From: the human T2T-CHM13v2.0 reference genome, Homo sapiens
Length of the DNA stretch: 64,000 bases
Reading direction: 5' to 3' (one strand)
Assembly (NCBI RefSeq): GCF_009914755.1
Contig: NC_060926.1
Made by a program: the position numbers and the translations under genes. The notes under the pieces were generated by a model. The model saw only the letters and a list, made by a program, of their open reading frames with translations, was not told the origin of the DNA and searched no databases. Shown piece after piece: positions 57,162-64,000 of this stretch. Numbering within the stretch: position 1 is the first letter of the stretch; the number at the start of each line of letters is the position of its first letter.

Positions 57162-57608
57162 ACTTTAATCTAACAAGCCCTAGAAGCAAAAATGGGGATT
57201 GAAGAAGTAGCTAATAAGAGAAAAGGCAGTAGTTACTGGGATTTATTTACAATCACAATCGACTCTTTTCAAGGTCCACTTTGCCTTGAATGCTTTAAGT
57301 TCTAAGGGGCAATATTAAGTTTATTTGGGTTACAAGAACATTATGTAACCAGGTGACAAGGATCAGGCAATTCTGGTTTCAGGTTTTGCCCAGTCTCCCC
57401 TACCCTGCTTGCCGGATAAGTGAAATGTACAGATAAGACTGGTCTTATATTCTTATGTCAAGAACACAAGAAAATATGTAGGAATGAATCAGTCATAAGT
57501 ATTCCGTGAGTTCTTAAGGAAATAGAAGTTCTGATCAGATGATTAGTAGCTTTATTACTTCTCCTCCAAGGAAATGAGTTGAACTAATTTTTAAATTAGT
57601 GGATAATA

Positions 57609-57960
57609 GGCTGGCCTCCTAGGAATGTCAAGGCTGTGGCTACCATAAGCAGGTGGGCTAAGCTGCTACCCAGCTTTCCCATGACCCCCTGCCACCACGG
57701 AGGGAAGGCACTATGAGATCACACACAACGCAGAATAAGCCTGGGATTCAGCCACCAGCAAAGCAAATGCCAACCTCTCCCTCTCCCCTGCAAGAAATAA
57801 ATTTTAGAAAGAGTTTGATATCTCAAACAAAGCATCGAAATAGTCATCATTGGAGAAAACTAACTTACAAGAGTTTCTTAAAGTTATGATTGAGTAATTA
57901 TTTTATTTTAAATTATGTGGGGCTTTAGGGCCCCTAAAGGACTTAATCTGGCTTTACATA
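57609..57960 (-). repeat. Right arm of 352-bp inverted repeat
   Basis: ggctggcctcctaggaatgtc...ctggctttacata is the reverse complement of the left arm. Confidence 0.97.
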
Positions 57961-58779
57961 TACATAAAATTCTCTGGAGAATTCTAACTAATAGAGTGGG
58001 AGAGGTGGGCATTGAACAAATGGGGTGGGATAATACAGTATTTCTGAATGTTTACTGATGTCCTAGTTTCCTGTTATTTCTCCCCTTTGCCCATCCCTCA
58101 GGCCAAGCTGCTTGGCACTTGGTGCCCATTGCTTTAAGGTTGATGTAACAGAAAGAAATGAATCTTCCTAGCTCTGGTCCCTAAAAGGCTAAAAGCCCCC
58201 TGGGAACTGTATAGGACTCCAGTCATAGCCAAAATATTTGGGGGATGTGGGGATTGAGGAGAGCAGGGTCTCCCCTGGACTAGAAAATATCCCCCAGGCC
58301 TGTGGAAGGAGAGGTAGAGGGGACAGGAGGAGACCAGAGATGTCATCTGTCCTGAGGTCCAGTGGGGAGTGGGGTTGGGAAATAGCTGTGCAGTGGGTCT
58401 GAACAAACTGTTCTTACACAGCCAGGCAGAGTCCTGGCTCCCAAGTGAGACATGAAAGCCGCAAGGAGATTGCCCACCATTTGTGAAGGGGCACAGACAC
58501 CAGGAACTCATCTGAGTGGTGATCTATGTGCCTCAATGACCTACAATTATGAGAATAAAAGATGTCTCATTGGACACCCTTGTGGACAGGTGACGGAAGA
58601 CTGACAGGCCTTCACCAACCTAATGACCTGGCACAACTTAACTGTCGAGGAACGCCAGAGAAGGAAAGAAACTCCAAGTTGGCTGAGATACGTTTCTACC
58701 ACTCCATAGAATGGGAACTCAATGCTTTAGAGAAAAATATAGGCCTTAGTCACCTAAATTGTGACAAGTAGCCTGCAAG

Positions 58780-60360
58780 AGAGGGAAGGCTTTGAGGAAC
58801 TGAAAGATGGCCATAAGAGTTTAATCCAGTGAGCAAGGGGAAGGCAGCCCAGGTGAGGTTGGAAGGACAGGCAGGGGCCAGATCACACAGGACTCTGTAG
58901 TGCGGGCCAGGGGATTTGTATTTAAGTGACATGGGAAGCTGTTTCAGAATTTTTAAGCAGTTCCTGTTCTTTAAAGTTCACATTAATTCTTGCATGGGGT
59001 TGGGGGGTGTCCTGAGCAAAGGTTAGGAGTGCAGTTGAAGGGCTATTGCAGTCTTCCAGTTGAGAGCAGATGGTGGCTGAAACCAGGCTGGGGGCAGTGG
59101 AGCAAGTGGATGGGTTCTTGATATATTTTAGTGGTAGAAGGAACAGGTTTTGCCATTGGGTTGGATGTGCGGAGTGAGGGAAAGGAAGAGTTGGTAAGAA
59201 CTCTCAGGTTTCTATTTGAACAACTGGTGGGAAAATGAAGCCATTTACACAGCAGAGGAAGTCTGGGGAGAAAACAAGTGCCTGTGAGGAAATCCAGACT
59301 TTTTGAGATGCCTGAGTGATGCCGGAATGGAAATGTTCGGAAGGTAGGAAGGGTTGGTAGATAAGTAATCAACAGCATAGAGAAGAGGTCTGGGTTGAAG
59401 GTAGGGATATGTGTGTCATCTGTGTGAGCCTTTACCACTTATTGTTTTGTTTCATTTGCTTTCGCTTTTGCTTCTCCTCTGACCCTGCACCTGTGCAACT
59501 TCCCCTCCTCCGTCAGATCTCAGCTCCAATGTTGCTTCCTTAGGGAGGCCGCCCTACTCCTACCCCAGTGTGAATTAGGCTGAGTTAGGCTCTCCCCCAG
59601 TCTTTCTGTTTAAATTTTTCCTTCCAAGCACTTATCATGGTTTGAGATGAAAGATTTATGTTTGCCTGTCCTTTAGCGATGAATCCCAGTCCACACTGAA
59701 ATGTGTTAGAAAAAAATGACTTCATTTTTCTGTAATGAAATCATTTAGGCCCTAAATCTGAGGAAGAGAAGGCAGGAAGAAGAGCTGAGTGCAGATAAAT
59801 TGCAACATTTATGGATCAGATAGAAAAAGAGACACTGCCGCAAGCAGCTAAGAAGGAGCTAGAAAGGAAACAGGGTGTCCGGGATGCCATGGGAGAGGGA
59901 GATGGGAGCGTTTCAGGACAGAGCACGTGTCGCTGTGTCTGATTCCGTTGAGGAGTCAAGCGTGTAAAGACTGGAGTGTCTACTGGATTTACAATACGGG
60001 GACACAGGTCCTTGGTTCCAGCAGTTTGTGTGGAGCAGTGCAGATAGAAGTCAAGTTGCAGCGAGTAAGGGAATTAATGGAAGGCAGGAATAAGAGTGAA
60101 TATGTGAAGATGATTGTTCCAAGAAGTTTTACTGTTAGGAGAGAGAAACTAGGGCAGTAGCTAGGAGGGTATATGAGGTTAAAGGAGGATATCTCAGAGA
60201 GGCATGATCCTGACATATATCTATGTGTAGATGGGAACAATGGATTGAAGGGGTGGGATGGGGAGAAATAACAACAGAAGGAATCAGAGATGAACACAGA
60301 GAGAAGAGGAAGGGAGAGAGCAGGTGTGCGGGGTGTTGACTTGCAAAATGGAGCAAAGAA
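58780..60360. mobile_element. L2 fragments (mainly - strand; a + strand 3' piece at about 59470-59670)
   Basis: ggcaggggccagatcacacagg; gatatattttagtggtagaaggaacagg; ttcagatctcagctccaatgttgcttccttagggaggcc. Confidence 0.65.
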
Positions 60361-61269
60361 GGCTTTAAAGCCTACCCCAAGAGCAGCCCCCAGCCATGCC
60401 TAGATTAAGATGAGCCAGAGGGCTCCTTTGCAGCCCAAAGGGACCAGGGGGCAGAGAGGAAATGCCAGCTGCAGCTCTAGGAGGGGAAGCCATGGGTCTG
60501 GCTCAGTGGTAGTCAGTGGGTCGGCAGCCAGTCCCTGGCCCCTGGCCAGGCACATATTGGGAGCAGAGTGGCAAGTCTTCTGACAGCATTGTTGGAGAGG
60601 AAGGACCATGTGGGTGAGTGCTGAACAGCGGGAGGGCAGCCAGGACCAACTTCAGAGCCGAGCAAACTCAGTGGGAGCCTGGAGGAAGGGTTGGCAGGTG
60701 CCACCCCTGCTTCCTCTGTTTCTCTCTACTACATCATCTGCAACCAAAGGGATGGGGGTGCAGTTTAACTCATTTTTTGTACTAACTTTCAGGCCTGCAG
60801 CTCCGAGTGACTGCCCCTGCTGCCATCTGGAGGAATCCCCCTCCCCTTGGTGGCCCTTGTACAGGAGCAGATGGGCACAGTTGCTGGCTGCTTGGGAAGG
60901 AGAGCCAGGGAGACCTGGGAGCCAAGGGGCGTCTTCAACCCTCTGGCTTCGCACTGACTTCACCCCCGTAGTAGATAGCCTCAGGCAAGGGAGCAGGGGA
61001 CAGCCCTGGCTGCCCTGTGAGGGGTCGGGGCTGGCTGAGCCATAGAGCCACAGACAGGAGCAGCCTTAGGTTCCTGGAACTGCAAAAGCCCTGGAAAGGG
61101 TGTCTCATTCGAAAGGGTGTCTCATTCATCCTCCTGTGGATGCACACACAATTATTTAGTGTCCTTAGTTGAATGGGGAATTGGTAGATTTGGACCTTTC
61201 ATTATCTATACTTTTTTTCACCTCTGAGACCTCCTTTCTTCCCTCCTATCACCTTACCCCTCCCTTGGA

Positions 61270-61930
61270 TCAGTGCTGTTCAAACTGTAATGTGCAAGAG
61301 AATCATGGGGGATTGTGTTAAAATGCAAACTCAGAGTCAGGAGGTCTGGGGCAGTGCCTGAGAGTCAGCATTTCTAACAAGCTCCATTTCTAATAGATGC
61401 TGCTGATGCTGCTGTTGCTCTGACCACGCTCTGAATAGCAAGGCTTTAGAGGACCCGATGGGAGTTAAGACCTCTCTTCCCTAAAAAATACATACAAAAG
61501 CATACATACAAACCCTTCGTTCTGTGCGGGAGTCACATATCGACAGGAGGCCACCCCAGGATAGAAACCCCTGCCCCACATGTTTATTGTCAAATTGTTG
61601 CCCTACCCTTAACCCCACCCCAGGTGTTCTCAGACTTTAGAAGATATCAGAATTGCCTGGAACACTTGTCAAAAATACAGATACCCTGCCCTCCTTCTCA
61701 TTCCCAGAGGATCTGATTCAATAGGTCTGGGGAAAGGTCCAGGAATATACTTTTTAAAAAAAAAAAAATGGAGTTTTACTCTGTCGCCCAGGCTGGAGTG
61801 CAGTGGCACGATCTTGGCTGACTGCAACCTCTGCCTCCCGGGTTCAAGCAAGAATATACTTTTTACCAAGTTCCCCAGGTAATTCTGATGCAGGTGTACT
61901 TATTGAACACACCTGAGAAACACTAACTTA
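61270..61930. mobile_element. Two MER5-type elements (about 61270-61445 and 61620-61930), the second split by a short Alu
   Basis: cagtgctgttcaaact..gcatttctaacaagctcc; ggtgttctcagacttt...caagttccccaggtaattctgatgcagg. Confidence 0.7.
61757..61851 (-). mobile_element. 5'-truncated Alu 3' end (about 95 bp) with TSD gaatatacttttt(a)
   Basis: TSD at 61743-61756 and 61852-61865; Alu right-arm sequence between. Confidence 0.9.
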
Positions 61931-62324
61931 GGGTTTATGGTTTCCCAGGAATGTATGTACTAAAATCTGAATATCTGAAGACTTGAAAGAATGAAGCTGT
62001 GTTGGAGGAAAGTTAGGTGCTGAGATTGATATTTCTAGTCAGGGGAGCCTACTGAGCATCATTTCAAATAATCCTAGTGTGTGATTACTTTGACCCCATA
62101 TTTGACTGATCCCACCTTTCAGCATATAAGTTGTTGCTCCCCAGGGAGGTGACAGTTATTTTTCCAGCATTGTGAGTGGGTCTCCCTGGAGACTAAGGGC
62201 ACTTCCCTTGGAGCTGAGCTGCTCTGTGCTCTTCTTCATCAAAAGTACTCAGGTGTTTCAGACATTTCCAAATGGAACATCCATGAGATGAGGAAACCTT
62301 TCTCTTGCTAATGTGGCAGGCAAT

Positions 62325-62650
62325 TTTTAAATAATTTCAACTTTTATTTTAGATTCACAGGGTAAATATGCAGGTTTGTTACCTGGGTTTATTGCATGAC
62401 ACTGAAGTTTGGGGTACCATTAATCTTGTCACCCAGGTACTGAGCATAGTACCCATTAGTTAGATTTTTGTCCCTTGTCCCCCCCATTTCCCACTTTAGT
62501 AGTTTCCAGTGTCTGTTGTTGCCATCTTTATGTCCATGAGTACCCAATATCTAGCTCCTTCTTATAAGCGAGAACATTCAGTATTTAGTTTTCTATTTCT
62601 GCGTTCATTTGCTTAGGATAATGGCCTCTGGGACAGGCAGGAATCTTATT
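62325..62650 (-). mobile_element. Older L1PA/L1PB 3' UTR fragment
   Basis: ttcaacttttattttagattcacagggta..atgcaggtttgttacctggg...atttgcttaggataatggcctc. Confidence 0.85.
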
Positions 62651-63234
62651 CCACTATCTTGGATATGTGAGAAATGATGTATCAGTTTGCTTCATTTACA
62701 TTGATTGTAAGTCCCCAACCCCCTGGGTTAGTGGGAAATTTGAGTCATTATTGGGGGAGTCTTATTACCTCCAGGGTGATGTGAGGGTCCCATGTATCTT
62801 GTGCAGAACAAAGACCCACAGGTCTTTAACTCCCTCTGGTCTCTCTTCAAAAGCCCATTATCCAACCTCCCATGGCCCCTTCAATCCAGTGACTTTAATT
62901 AGAGTGGCTGCTGTGTACTTGGATCTTTGTGGAGGCTGGGAGCGCTATGCTTGGGATGCAGCCTCCTGTCGCGTTCCCAGACTCCAAGGGACCCCATTCA
63001 GCCATTCCCCTCTGGAAACCCTGCTACTTTCTCAGGACTCTGCATGAGAGCAGATTAGGAGTCAACCTGACCTTTAGGACCTGTTGGCCCATCACCTTCC
63101 CAGTCTTGGGAAACCTCCCTCATTTTCTCTTGCTGCTTCTGCTTTCTTTTCCTCCTCATGTCGCATAAACCTGTCAAGAAGCTCAGCCTTTTGAAAAACA
63201 AAAGCCAGACAGAGAGGTTGTCTATAACATAAAC

Positions 63235-63600
63235 CATGCTTGAAGGCTAAAGAGTATGACTCTCATGTAAATATAAAATGAACACATGTCAAAGATCGTA
63301 TTTAACTCCCATGAATGAGGGAGACAGTAAGATGTTAAAACTGGTTCAAAGAATATTTGAGAATGTAGTATATAATGCAACTTAGTAAATTGTTGGGTAA
63401 ATACAAAACTGGTTATTGTCCAACAGGGCCATAAACTACAGCTTTTGGGTTTCTCTGTTGCACTGAACAGAAATTATTTGCATCTCTACTGAATAAAAAT
63501 CTGTAAGTTAACCTCACCTCTATAGAGTTGTAAAATAGCCTTAGCAAGTAGGAAGTCATCCCTAGCACTGTCCTAAAATAACACCTAGTACTTATTTTCT
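63235..63600. mobile_element. Old ERV1 LTR, LTR37-like
   Basis: tatttaactcccatgaatgagggagacagtaagatgttaaaactggttcaaag resembles recalled LTR37. Confidence 0.45.
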
Positions 63601-64000
63601 TTTGCCCATTTCCAAGCTTTGGGTAATTTTTCTGGCAGAAGGTATCTCAAAGGGCCTAGCTACCTTCTTGGAATGGAGAAGGGAAAAAATATAGCAAGAA
63701 CAAACTTCAAAATAATATCTCAATTATCCCCTCAAAGAAACATATGAGACCCCATTATTATGCTAACAAAGTATCAGTCTTTATTCTGCCTCCCTGAAGG
63801 ACTTCTCCTTCCTGCTAAGGGAAGGCAATGACAAAGACACAAAACTTCTTTCTGTCCCATATGAGACACTCAAGTGGAGCCTTTGCCCTCTAGCATGAAG
63901 CACACTCACAGATGCTCCTGAACAACACCTGAAAATCCAACAAAGCAGGACAGAGGTCAAGCCCAGCCTTGATCTCATTAGTGTGAGATGTTAGACCCTC

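Noticed and set aside
61093-61128. Short perfect or near-perfect tandem duplications (also near 2059, 13535, 34095 and 50412)
   Set aside because: Ordinary 10-21 bp slippage duplications at background frequency

Overview
Primate (most likely human) non-coding genomic DNA. I find no supportable host protein-coding exon: the listed ORFs are Alu, L1, HERV-H or low-complexity artefacts, or are short and unsupported. Main elements: (1) a small CpG-rich promoter-like region at ~3.9-4.3 kb with a + strand splice donor at 4205 and a 20-bp G-rich VNTR ~1.1 kb downstream; (2) a 5.17-kb internally deleted HERV-H provirus (28094-33265, +) with two LTR7s, a perfect tRNA-His PBS, a PPT and a TTTCA target-site duplication, inserted into an old hAT transposon; (3) many Alu, L1, L2, MIR, CR1, MaLR/ERVL and Tigger/Charlie relics. 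The most unusual part is 50.7-58.5 kb. It holds a 352-bp inverted repeat of apparently unique sequence around a 1008-bp spacer; its inner 225 bp are identical between arms while the outer 127 bp differ at 8 sites, which suggests arm-to-arm gene conversion and a possible inversion polymorphism. Around it are several short locally templated insertions (copied from 58.2 kb, 58.5 kb and one specific neighbouring Alu), two of them embedded in AT-rich fold-back scars, consistent with template-switch or polymerase-theta-type repair. Repeat subfamily names come from recalled consensus similarity, boundaries of old repeats are approximate, and I could not identify the locus.
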